The notes under the pieces: generated by a model
Told to the model about the DNA's origin: nothing
Database searches by the model: none
Seen by the model: only the letters and a program-made list of their open reading frames with translations
Assembly (NCBI GenBank): GCA_965235115.1
Contig: OZ249436.1
Location: 20,834,001-20,898,000 of the forward strand
Length of the DNA stretch: 64,000 nt
Direction: 5' to 3'
From: Laetmonice hystrix
Taxonomy: Eukaryota
Made by a program: the position numbers and the translations under genes
Part shown: one piece after another, positions 52,023-64,000 of the stretch
Layout of the letters: the number at the start of each line of letters is the position of its first letter
How positions within the stretch are numbered: the stretch's first letter is position 1

Positions 52023-53258
52023 TCGAATCTAAATCGATATCCTTTTCAAAAGCACGAAGTCCGATGACAACTTAGCCTTTAAAATGTCCGTAAGTAGTAC
52101 AAAGACTAATGTCTGCTTTTGTCACTGCTTTACTTGATGAGAGTGACAGTCGATTGGGCAATCTTGTTCCAATTTGGATCCAATGCATGATCACGTTCCA
52201 GGACGCATTGATTGCCACTTTTTGTACTTTTTTTACTGACCTGATCCTTCATACAGTCTTCCCTGGTGGCCCCTTGCCCGCATTTCACGACCTGCCCTCA
52301 GTCATGGTGGTAAACAAAATTAAAAGCATGAATACTAATTAAGAGTGTAATCCCGATATGGTATGCATTTGGCGACGTTCTTGAAGGAGTTGTACGTTTT
52401 ATCTCCGGTGCCGGTTGGACTGGACAGACTGGACCACAGGCCGAGACCGACACGCCGCAAGAAGTTGAGGCTTTAAGGGTTGATAACCGGACGCTTAAAG
52501 GACATTTCTTACTGACTGTAACGAAATTTGCCGTGTCGCTGCTTATCCGTTATCTCAACAACGGCCGCACAAAAAAAAAACGATGAAAATTGGATTCTGG
52601 AAAGGGTTTCTTAACACTTTAGTCTAAAAACCTAATTTTCTTTTGTCCAGTAACATAACACTGACGCAGACTGGTCACTGATGTGACAAATAATTAAATT
52701 CAAGTCCGCCACCAACGGGAGACCATCCAGAGCCGGCAAGTACTGCTGAGGTACAAACTTTTAAAAAGTGCCCTAGTTTCTCCACGGGCCCAATCGAATG
52801 TCACTCTCATCAACTGACAAAAGCAGACTACCCGTCGAAACAACGGTCTTACTTAAGACTTGTAGTGCTTGGAAAAGGTTTCATCCGGACAAAAGTTATT
52901 CGGTTATTACTTTGCCCTTCTTGCCTGACATAAAGGGCGTAGCTGCTATATGGTATCCTCTTTATCTAGGTGTTGCCGCTTTTAGTCATTAGGGCCTATC
53001 TCAGTTTGATCTAAAAAGAAAATCAAGAAAATGCTGCGTGGCTCATACACATAACGTTGTTCTGTGAGGGGATGAGGTGAATACAGTACATACGTGGATA
53101 TTAAGGATTCACTGCTCTCGGTGATCAGGTTGTACGGACACGTCTCACGGTGAGGCCCACTGCTGCGTTTAGTGCATTTAGTATGGTTTCGGCACGACTG
53201 CCAACATTATTCATTGTCGTATTTCGGAAAGGCAGGGGGAGGGGGTAAATAGTAGCCT

Positions 53259-54468
53259 AATCAGGCAACCACCGAGAGGGTTAGGCGCACGGACAGTAGA
53301 GATAGAAATCAGCAACCACAGACAGGGATAGACGCACGGACTGTAGAGTGAGAAATCAGGCAACCACAGAGAGGGATAGACGCACGGACTGTAGAGTGAG
53401 AAATCAGGCAACCACAGAGAGGGATAGACGCACGGACTGTAGAGATAGAAATCAGGCAACCACAGAGAGGGATAGACGCACGGACTGTAGAGTGAGAAAT
53501 CAGGCAACCACAGAGAGGGATAGACGCACGGACTTTAGAGTGAGAAATCAGGCAACCACAGAGAGGGATAGACGCACGGACTGTAGAGATAGAAATCGGG
53601 CAACCACAGAGAGGGATAGACGCACGGACTGTAGAGTGAGAAATCAGGCAACCACAGAGAGGGATAGACGCACGGACTGTAGAGATAGAAATCAGGCAAC
53701 CACAGAGAGGGATAGACGCACGGACTGTAGAGATAGAAATCAGGCAACCACAGAGAGGGATAGACGCACGGACTGTAGAGTGAGAAATCAGGCAACCACA
53801 GAGAGGGATAGACGCACGGACTGTAGAGTGAGAAATCAGGCAACCACAGAGAGGGATAGACGCACGGACTGTAGAGATAGAAATGTAGAGATAGAAATCA
53901 GGCAACCACAGAGAGGGATAGACGCACGGACTGTAGAGATAGAAATCAGGCAACCACAGAGAGGGATAGACGCACGGACTGTAGAGATAGAAATCAGGCA
54001 ACCACAGAGAGGGATAGACGCACGGACAGTAGAGATAGAAATCAGGCAACCACAGAGAGGGATAGACGCACGGACTGTAGAGATAGAAATCAGGCAACTA
54101 CAGAGAGGGATAGACGCACGGACTGTAGAGATAGAAATCATGCAACCACAGAGAGGGATAGACGCACGGACTGTAGAGATAGAAATCAGGCAACCACAGA
54201 GAGGGATAGACGCACGGACTGTAGAGATAGAAATCAGGCAACCACAGAGAGGGATAGACGCACGGACTGTAGAGATAGAAATCAGGCAACCACAGAGAGG
54301 GATAGACGCACGGACTGTAGAGATAGAAATCAGGCAACCACAGAGAGGGATAGACGCACGGACTGTAGAGAGAGAAATCAGGCAACTACAGAGAGGGATA
54401 GACGCACGAACTGTAGAGATAGAAATGTAGAGATAGAAATCAGGCAACTACAGAGAGGGATAGACGCA
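53259..54468. repeat. 48-bp minisatellite, about 25 copies
   Basis: Unit AATCAGGCAACCACAGAGAGGGATAGACGCACGGACTGTAGAG(TG/AT)AGA. Confidence 0.95.
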
Positions 54469-55322
54469 CCGCCTGAAGTTAATGATTTTTGTCTTGTTTT
54501 GTAAATACTACCCACCCTCGGATACGCTTTGATTATAGACACCGGATTGCTTGTAATTGACCTCACCTCCGGATGTAAAAACCAGCTGATATTGTTCACT
54601 CTGTGTCTGATGTTTTTCCGAGTCTGACTTCAATGCCAGAACCGTGACTCTTGCAGCAAACAGGAAACGACAGAGACGGCCGAAAGCGCACATCATTTTC
54701 AATATTCTGGGCTCTAATTGCGGAACTCCTACCTGAGGTTTCCCTTCTTTAGATTTGAATATTGGAGCTGTTACCACCTTTAGCTTTAGAACCTGATTTA
54801 TCGGGTTGGTTCGCCCCCCCAACCCCCCCCCCCCCCCCGGGGTAAGTATGGGTGTACATACATGTAGCAGTGTTGACCACACCAGACCCGTGTTGGTTGA
54901 ATTGATCTCACGACAGACACGCTCATTTCATAAGGACTTTTAACTCTCAGATTGTTTTGAATGATATCTTTTCCCTTTTCGAAACTCACCCGGACAGATC
55001 CGACACAGTGAACTTTAGACATGGTGTCTTTATACAATCTCCTCCAAGTCATCCCTGACAGTAAATTGGTATTCTTAGTATCACTGGAAACACAACGGAC
55101 AGGGTACTGCAGGATAATGCAGTTGTCTTTTTTTGGGGGGGGGGTGGGGGGGGGTGGGGTGGGGGTGGGGGGTAAACTTAAGAGCAATATGCAAGATGCA
55201 AATGCATGTACCAACTACACCATAAAATATGACAAGATATATTGTTTGAATTATTGACGTCGCGTGCTGTCTGCCTAGTTTCCTGTCACCATGGTGTTTG
55301 CTGGAATATTATTCAGTTTTTG

Positions 55323-55659
55323 TGTGAGTTAATGTTTGACGCCCTGTCGACAGTATTCCAGTAATGTTCAGGGCGATATGGAGTGGGTGATGGTGAGGAG
55401 GACAATGGTTATGGCAAGGGTTCTTTTATACGCCCAGTCGCACAGACATACCAAAGCCTTTGATGACCCAATTGCGTAGCACTGGGGAGAGCCAGTGAGA
55501 AAAACTGGCACGGAAAGGATGAAAATCCATCTGTGCCATGCAGATGACCTTGCAATCCGACACTCGACCACTTCCCCACACCAACCCTCGACCCATTTTT
55601 CACCTTTTACAGTCAGGGGATGAGCTGAGGATCATCCTTACCCCTGATCCCCAAGGGGG
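55323..55659 (-). mobile_element. SINE family copy, internally deleted
   Basis: Colinear with 26677-27204 in head, core and tail. Confidence 0.8.
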
Positions 55660-55991
55660 TCGGCGATTTTGTTTGGAAACAATGCACGTAGCTGGTTGCG
55701 AAGCGAGTTTCCGACAAACCACATCTAAATTAGTTAGATAGTTCAGCCAAGCCTTCCGTCCCCATGGGGCCACCCACAACAATTGGCTGGAGTCCAATGT
55801 CCTCATCTACATTTGTCCTCAGCTCCTGTTTGTGGATGTAACTATTTTTTTGCAGTGTTGTCAACTTGGGAACCCACAAATTATTCCTGCCGATTCGCGG
55901 ACAACAAAAATACTGCCATATTTTTTAATCAAAGAGATTACCACCTATACACGACCTATTGAATGTCTTTGACATATTTACATCAGCCATA

Positions 55992-56148
55992 TTTACGCCC
56001 TGTCGACAGTATTTCAGCCATATATATTATTCAGGACGATAGGAACCATTTAATTCAGTCAAGAGACCTATTTTACCCCCGAGTCCCAGGGGTTGGTGAT
56101 GATGAGGATGAAGTGAGAAAGAAACCTGCCACCGGGAGGCAATCCTCT
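55992..56148 (-). mobile_element. SINE family 3' fragment
   Basis: TTTACGCCCTGTCGACAGTATTTCAG...TTCAGGACGATAGGAACCATTT..TTCAGTCAAG...TGCCACCGGGAG matches about 26696-26860. Confidence 0.8.
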
Positions 56149-56431
56149 CTAATTCTGGAGGTTTTCCCTGCCGATTCCCAAGACGATGTCTGTGTGGTGA
56201 TGTTCGATCCCGTCGATACTCCTAGCCAGCCTCATCATTTTTTTTCTGATATCTTCATCTGTTGGCAGTTGATGTATGTGTTCTCTGCCATAGGTCGGTG
56301 TTGTGGACCTTGTCTGCTGAGAATTTGTATCCCCTTTAACTGACAAAGGTCACCCAAGTCTCTGATAGACAATAGGATCGATTGTATGTGGGACTAAAAC
56401 AACCCGGCTTTCTTCATGAATATTAGTTTTC

Positions 56432-56560
56432 TTGAACGGTAATAATGCCGCCGAGATGTAATAATGCGGTTGAACGGTAATAATGCCGCCGAGATGTAAT
56501 AATGCGGTTGAGCGGTAATAATGCCGCCGAGATGTAATAATGCGGTTGAGCGGTAATAAT
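56432..56560. repeat. 38-bp tandem repeat, about 3.3 copies
   Basis: Unit AACGGTAATAATGCCGCCGAGATGTAATAATGCGGTTG. Confidence 0.85.
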
Positions 56561-58988
56561 TGCTCCATTTGACGTCTGCCTTGAGCAGAACGGTCCAGTT
56601 TATTAGCGACATTCACATGTAGGCCTATAGCTCAAGCTCTCCACGCCTTCATTTCGTAATTCCGATGTCACTTGGTCGCTCTTAGCTATACATTCGTCTT
56701 GGGGATCGTGGCCTTTCTTTGAATAATGTTGATACTGACATTTGAGACACTCTTTCTTCCATGGATTGGTACCGCGTACAGTAGTTCTAGGTCTTGGGCA
56801 GATTCTAGGTAATCTATTAGCTGAGAAGAGTGTGTACTGGATTCTATAGGAGGAACGGGGACAAACATCCTTACTCGATCCATATCATCACGTATTTATA
56901 AACTCTTGGTGAATTGTCTTCCATGGATTACTTTGCCGGTTATTACTTCCAAGGCCGTAGATTGTATTGAGGTAGCCGAGGCAGCTGTATTGTATTGCAA
57001 ATATTTTCTGGGGGAGGCCTCCCAGACCCCCCCCCCCCGCATTAACGGCTATACGTGTAGGCCTAGTGTTGAAGTATAGCTTCTAGACGGTCTTCCTATA
57101 ACGAAGCTGTCGAATGCTTTTTAAGATCCAGGAATTTTGACAGAGAAGAATCGTTATCGATAATGCAGACTGCTGCAATAAGGTCTACACATGATGTATT
57201 GTTTTTATATACTAAAATCTAACGTTTTTTTCTATCTTGCTGACTATAGACAAAGACCGATGAAGATGTTCTACAGGTGTGTCAAACCAGACAACGACCA
57301 TTAAAGATATTTTCCATAAAACGATTCACCACTCCAGACCTTTTTCCCATAGGTGATGGTCAATGGCGCCCCAAGAGGCGTTATGAAACATTTGTTATTT
57401 GGTACCAGAATCCATCTGCACCATAATTATTCTTTCATACATTCTAGCATAGACAGCTTATTATTGAAGTAACGCTGCCGACTTCGAGCTCTTGTATAGT
57501 GGATAAATAGAGGGAAATATCAAAAGATAATTAAAGGAGCGAATTCTGCCGAAGGCATCTCGATGCCCATGTCCATACACATTGCACCTTTTCTGCCGAG
57601 ACTATACTGTCCAGATGCTTGGAAATATGAGCGTCTATGCCTGCCCTTGAAATATCAGTGAAGAGGCCTCAGGATAGGGTTACATGAACCGGCACGTCGC
57701 ACCTTGGCCATTGTTAATCGAGGCACAGCTGATATTCTTGCCTGTAGTCGTACACTGTCCCCTGGTGGGGCCCATCCGAGTGTATCTGCAGGGTCGATCT
57801 GTCAGCTTGATTGGCACGGGGAGCCAGTTTGAAGAGGTACACCGTGATTTATACAGGGGTAATGTCGAGGGTGAGTGACGCCCCTCGCCCCGCCTCGGGA
57901 GACAACGACCAACATGCAGTTATCGCAGGGTCTGAAGACAAGCTTTGATGGAATCTATCTGGCTATACACATGAAGAGATTATGGTTGATTTATAACAAG
58001 ATGATAGCTGGGGTTACACCTCTTTTTTTAACTGTGATTGATGCTCGATATTTTTTATATCATGTCTCAGTATGCAAAGGTCTGCATGGTACAGTCTAGC
58101 TACGTTTATCAAACGGTATCTTGGCATTCCTCTTGTCTTCTCCATCATTGTCGCAAAGATAGAATTGAACATGCGCATTGCTTTTTGAAAAGTAATGTAG
58201 GCCACATGTAAGTCGGACTTATCTGTGCTTTACATGCATGAGATTAACATGCTAGACATGGTGTAGCTTAATTACTCCAAATGTAACGAGTATTGACTAA
58301 TTCGTTTCCTTTAAGTGTTTGTACGTGACTGCCGGCAAAGGAACCATTCATTTGAATGTGATTTGAATCCGGATAGACTATGTATGCTTGATTAGCGCGA
58401 CTGTATCATGTTTGCTGAAAGTGTACTATTTGTCCAATCCTATATGCTTTATAAGATCGCCGAATGCAATCACAATCGACCCCTATAACCTCGTAATAAA
58501 TGATCGGTGACGTCACCACAGGAAGCTTGAGTTATGGTCGACAGGGAGCATGTGGTGGATCGAGTGGCGGGATTGGAAGGCGCATGTTGACCTAGAAGAT
58601 GTTGACCGCTCGCGTGACCCCGACACCCCCTGTTTCCGGTGGGGGTGGGGGGCTTTGGAAACAATGGGAAATCCTCCCTTTCAGGTACGACCGTAGGAGC
58701 TGTGTTGCCTGACCATCCCTGCCTCCAGTCCAGCCTCCCTCTGGGGAGGACGACTCTCCTTTAAGGCATAGCTTCACCAAATGGGCCGACAAAACCGCTA
58801 AGTGCTCCAATGCATCTACCCGAGGAACGGAATACACGCCCGAGTAGGATAGCGTGGGAATACCTTCCAATATGTGTTAAACGGATGGCTTGTGTGGCCG
58901 AATAATGAGTCCTCCATGGTATAATCATAGACGTAGATTCAGTGTAGGTCTATGGGTATAATGAATGTTTCTTATAATGCCCTCTGGA

Positions 58989-61227
58989 TGAATTGTAGCT
59001 TGTGTAGGGAGATGACGTGCAGGCAGCTTACCAATGCCGCCATATTGATATCTGAATTGTAGTTTGCGTAGGGAGGTGACGTGCGTACAGTGACAGCTTA
59101 CCAATGCCGCCATATTGATACATGAATTGTAGCTTGCGTAGGGAGGTGACGTGTGTTCAGTGAGAGCTTACCAATGCCGCCATATTGATATCTGAATTGT
59201 AGCTTGCGTAAGGAGGTGACGTGTGTACAGTGACAGCTTACCAATGCCGCCATATTGATATCTGAATTGTAGCTGTGTAGGGAGGTGACGTGTGCACAGT
59301 GACAGCTTACCAATGCCGCCATATTGATATATGAATTGTAGCTTGTGTAGGGAGGTGACGTGCGTACAGTGACAGCTTACCAATGCCGCCATATTGATAT
59401 CTGAATTGTAGCTGTGTAGGGAGGTGACGTGTGCACAGTGACAGCTTACCATTGCCGCCATATTGATATATGAATTGTAGCTTGTGTAGGGAGGTGACGT
59501 GCGTACAGTGACAGCTTACCAATGCCGCCATATTGATATATGAATTGTAGCTTGTGTAGGGAGGTGACGTGTGTTCAGTGAGAGCTTACCAATGCCGCCA
59601 TATTGATACATGAATTGTAGCTTGTGTAGGGAGGTGACGTGTGTACAGTGACAGCTTACCAACGCCGCCATATTGATATATGAATTATAGCTTGGGTAGG
59701 GAGCTGACGTGTGTACAGTGACAGCTTACCAATGCCGCCATATTGATATATGAATTGTAGCTTGTGTAGGGAGGTGACGTGTGTACAGTGACAGCTTACC
59801 AATGCCGCCATATTGATATATGAATTGTAGCTTGTGTAGGGAGGTGACGTGTGTACAGTGACAGCTTACCAATGCCGCCATATTGATATCTGAATTGTAG
59901 CTTGTGTAGGGAGGTGACGTTTGTACAGTGACAGCTTACCAATGCCGCCATATTGATATTGTAGCTGTGTAGGGAGGTGACGTGCGTACAGTGACAGCTT
60001 ACCAATGCCGCCAAATTGATATATGAATTGTAGCTTGCGTAGGGAGGTGACGTGTGTACAGTGACAGCTTACCAATGCCGCCAAATTGATATATGAATTG
60101 TAGCTTGCGTAGGGAGGTGACGTGCGTACAGTGACAGCTTACCATTGCCGCCATATTGATATATGAATTGTAGCTTGTGTAGGGAGGTGACGTGCGTACA
60201 GTGACAGCTTACCAATGCCGCCATATTGATATATGAATTGTAGCTTGTGTAGGGAGATGACGTGTGTACAGTGACAGCTTACCAATGCCGCCATATTGAT
60301 ATATGAATTGTAGCTTGTGTAGGGAGGTGACGTGTGTACAGTGACAGCTTACCAATGCCGCCATATTGATATATGAATTGTAGCTTGCGTAGGGAGGTGA
60401 CGTGCGTACAGTGACAGCTTACCAATGCCGCCATATTGATATATGAATTGTAGCTTGTGTAGGGAGGTGACGTGCGTACAGTGACAGCTTACTAATGCCG
60501 CCATATTGATACATGAATTGTAGCTTGTGTAGGGAGGTGACGTGCGTACAGTGACAGCTTACCAATGCCGCCATATTGATATATGAATTGTAGCTTGTGT
60601 AGGGAGGTGACGTGTGTACAGTGACAGCTTACCAATGTCGCCATATTGATACATGAATTGTAGCTTGTGTAGGGAGGTGACGTGTGTACAGTGACAGCTT
60701 ACCAATGCCGCCATATTGATATATGAATTGTAGCTTGTGTAGGGAGGTGACGTGTGTACAGTGACAGCTTACCAATGCCGCCATATTGATATATGAATTG
60801 TAGCTTGTGTAGGGAGGTGACGTGTGTACAGTGACAGCTTACCAATGCCGCCATATTGATATATGAATTGTAGCTTGTGTAGGGAGGTGACGTGTGTACA
60901 GTGACAGCTTACCAATGCCGCCATATTGATATATGAATTGTAGCTTGTGTAGGGAGGTGACGTGTGTACAGTGACAGCTTACCAATGCCGCCATATTGAT
61001 ATATGAATTGTAGCTTGTGTAGGGAGGTGACGTGTGTACAGTGACAGCTTACCAATGCCGCCATATTGATATATGAATTGTAGCTTGTGTAGGGAGGTGA
61101 CGTGCGTACAGTGACAGCTTACCAATGCCGCCATATTGATATATGAATTGTAGCTTGTGTAGGGAGGTGACGTGTGTACAGTGACAGCTTACCAATGTCG
61201 CCATATTGATATCTGAATTGCAGCTTG
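58989..61227. repeat. 70-bp minisatellite, about 32 copies
   Basis: Unit TGAATTGTAGCTTGTGTAGGGAGGTGACGTGTGTACAGTGACAGCTTACCAATGCCGCCATATTGATATA. Confidence 0.95.
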
Positions 61228-62463
61228 AAATATGGATTTGAATAAAATGAACTTTACGGACAGTGTTGGTTGGCTTCGATTGGAACGGCTTCCCCTATTG
61301 GACCGAGGAGGTGGCCGAAGGCGTCGCCTCTCATATTTCGCAGACTTTAAGAAAATTCTCTTTGACCATTTATCAATTCAAGTATCAGTTTTCTTTTCAA
61401 ACGAAACAGTTTGAAATAATCTTATTGAGGCAGAAAATGTAAATATCGGACAATGAAAAGGTTATAGTTTAGGTATTTTAAGAATGATTGCTATTGGATC
61501 AGAACAGAAATGATGTCGACAATACTTTCATCTTGCTCTCCTCAATTGTTTCACAAGCATCCTGCGCCACAGCTGATTCTAAAGGCTGTAATCCGATTGT
61601 AATTGGAAATGTAAAATTTAATCTAATATCAAATGATTTAAGGCGGAAGAACAAATAAAATTGTACCCTCGGTTAAATCTTCACGGATAGCATTACTTTT
61701 GTCGGCCGATGCTGATCTAATATGCCTGAACGAATGGTGTAAATTGCTGTGGCTTAGGCGTTTCAAAGGAGCAATTGCAAAACCAAGATAATATGAAGTG
61801 TTATAGCTTAAACTACACTGTTGACGCTCTTTAATCTTTTTTATTTCTTGAGAGTTAAAAGTCAACCGAACTCTTCTCAAATATTTAATGTAATATAACG
61901 ACAATTTAACTTAAAATCCAAATACTTAAAAATCGTCTGTAGAAAGATGCTAGCTGTGGCGAAAGTCGTGGCATGAAATTAAGATTTCGATGGATGATCG
62001 AAACCCCGTTTGTTTTGCTATAACTTTGATCAGAAAACAGCAGACTGCTGCTTTCAGTCTTGTCTCCGTGCAAGACCAAACAGATCCCAAGGTTAACCAC
62101 ACCAACAAAACCAATCTCAGATCTTACTAAAGATTACTGAGGATAAGTACGCGGTGAGTGAGTAGGCTTTTCGTGCTAGGATTATAATGTGATTTACTCT
62201 CGTGCAACTTTCAATATTTTGAATGCAAAGATCTGTAGATTTAGCTGCTGCTTGCATGTCTTCTTAAACGTGAAGTATTAGGGTATTTTACAACTTACGC
62301 TGGCTGTACCAGAACATCTATTTTAGTGGATTATCCTGAGATAGTAAAGGACGCAATATAATGGCTACTCCTAACCGCTCCTCGAACAGACGTTTTCTTG
62401 TATCTAGGTCGAGAAGGCAGCGTCTCCGGCCGATATGAAGCGGATAACATTCTGAGGGATTTA

Positions 62464-62743
62464 TATGGGGCGCCGTTTTAACATTTATTCCTAGTGATAT
62501 CAATAAATGAACTTTCGATATCTCTAATTGAATTAGTGATATCTTTAATTCTATTTCTGATATCACTAATTCATTTAGTGATATCACTAATTCTTTTTTG
62601 ATATCTCTAATTATAACTAATTTCACTACATATTTAATGATATCAACAAATGATTTAGTGATATCAAGAAATGAATTAGAGATATCAAAAATTCATTTAG
62701 TGATATCTGTAAATAGGAATAAATGTTAAAATGGCGCCCCATA
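62464..62743. mobile_element. IS3EU-type MITE with 6-bp TSD
   Basis: 30-bp TIRs TATGGGGCGCC.TTTTAACATTTATTCCTA, flanked by GATTTA on both sides (62458-63 and 62744-49). Internal ~22-bp GATATC repeats. Confidence 0.8.
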
Positions 62744-62891
62744 GATTTAGACTTCAAAGTGTACGATTGGGGTGACCTGTAAGAACACTGTTTCAGAACG
62801 GCGGAGTTTGCCTCTCACCATAGAGATATAATATAACAAAGGAGCGAGCGAGCAAGCATAGTGCAATATAGTTCCGGCTAACTTTACGTTA

Positions 62892-64000
62892 AGCCCCAGT
62901 CACACAACAGGTATGACCAACTGCCGACTTCCGTCAACCACTGGTCGGTAGTTGGTTGGTTGTCAGAGGTTGTAGAGAGGTTTTTGGCAGTCTGTAAAAG
63001 GTTGTCAGTGTCCGGCAAGTGGTTGTTGGAGCATTTTGGTGTGCTGGAGGTATACGTTGCTGCATCGAAAACCTTTTGCCGGCCAAACTGGTCGGGAGAA
63101 GGTTTTTCTTGTCTTTAAGGGTAATATGTCACGAATTTCAAATAATACGTCGTGTTTCAGCAAAAATATATCTGCATTGCGGTTCTCCGATATGCCCAGA
63201 AGGTCTCCTACCTGTTTATGTAGCTTTGGCCGGTATTTTGTAAAAAAAATCGCCAATTCTTAATGCGGTCACTGAAAATAACACACTTAGATTCCGAGAC
63301 CCCGAGATTTGCAGCCGGCTGTGTTTTGCACCCTTTTCACACGATCGGCGGATGGCCCATTATAGTCCCACTATCATTTTATAGATTAGTTATTTTTACT
63401 TATATATTTATTATTTGTTTATTTATATATTTGTTATTTACTTAGATGACGGATTCATCGCACTTTGCGGACTGCAGCTAGTTTTATTTCATTTTTCCAC
63501 ATTCTGGAGAATTTCACAGCTGTCTACTCGTAGTATGTTTTAACAGAATCAGTATGAAAAACAATCAGTGCCATAAAGTACGTCAGTGGTGAGCAGGTAA
63601 GCAGAAAACTGAAGATTTCGGTCGATACCCCCGTGACATATTTCCTTTAATCGGTTGTCAGAGGGTGGGCGACAGTTCTCGGACTGATCTCAGACTCGTC
63701 TTCAGTGGTTGCCGGCTCTTGCCGAGCAGTCTTTGGTCGGCAAACTTCAGCAACTGATCGGCAACCAATTGGCGATAAATACACGATCGATCGCCGATCA
63801 TTCGCCAAACGTTCACCGAATATCGACAACCAACAACAATCACTCGGCGACCTTTTGTCTATCGTTCGTTGACCAAGTGACAGGACAGTAAATCGGTGCG
63901 CGGAGCAGCCGACAATCATTCCTTCGCTTTTCACCGAGCAATTGCCGACCATTTGCCAACATTACCACGAAAGGTCGTTCTTTAAAATCTTTAAAATCGT
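62892..64000. mobile_element. Probable Harbinger-type non-autonomous element running past the window end
   Basis: TTA-AGCCCCAGTCACAC left end, with dispersed GGTTGTC/CGAC/GTCGG motifs at both extremes. Confidence 0.45.

Noticed and set aside
53211..54447. Long ORFs (up to 360 aa) on both strands
   Set aside because: Artefacts of a stop-free 48-bp tandem unit. The same applies to ORFs over the 19.9-20.4, 46.0-46.6, 48.4-49.6 and 58.9-60.1 kb arrays.
56150..56940. Possible LINE coding fragments on the minus strand
   Set aside because: No endonuclease or reverse-transcriptase motif could be recognised.

Overview
Animal nuclear genomic DNA, probably a lophotrochozoan such as a mollusc (inferred from the repeat families). 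The only clear host coding sequence is the first coding exon of a rhodopsin-class neuropeptide-type GPCR (16869-17385, +). I could not find its next exon, so the rest of the window may be a single intron of at least 46 kb. The remainder is dense in repeats: Harbinger and hAT transposase relics; MITEs of Harbinger, Tc1/mariner, Kolobok, Zator and IS3EU type; Helentron-like pieces; a SINE family in about five copies; and several unrelated minisatellites. Four things stand out. (1) A young 5.56-kb element (34964-40522) with A1-internal-B1-A2-spacer-B2 split direct repeats and an AAAT crossover core, the architecture of Ngaro/PAT-type tyrosine-recombinase retrotransposons, but with no recognisable gag/RT/YR coding capacity. 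(2) A 39-bp satellite amplified from the 5' head of a SINE copy. (3) A highly self-complementary island at about 41780-42600. (4) Strong enrichment of TAGGCCTA and TACATGTA palindromes, consistent with transposon excision footprints. All analysis was by eye; no database searches were run.
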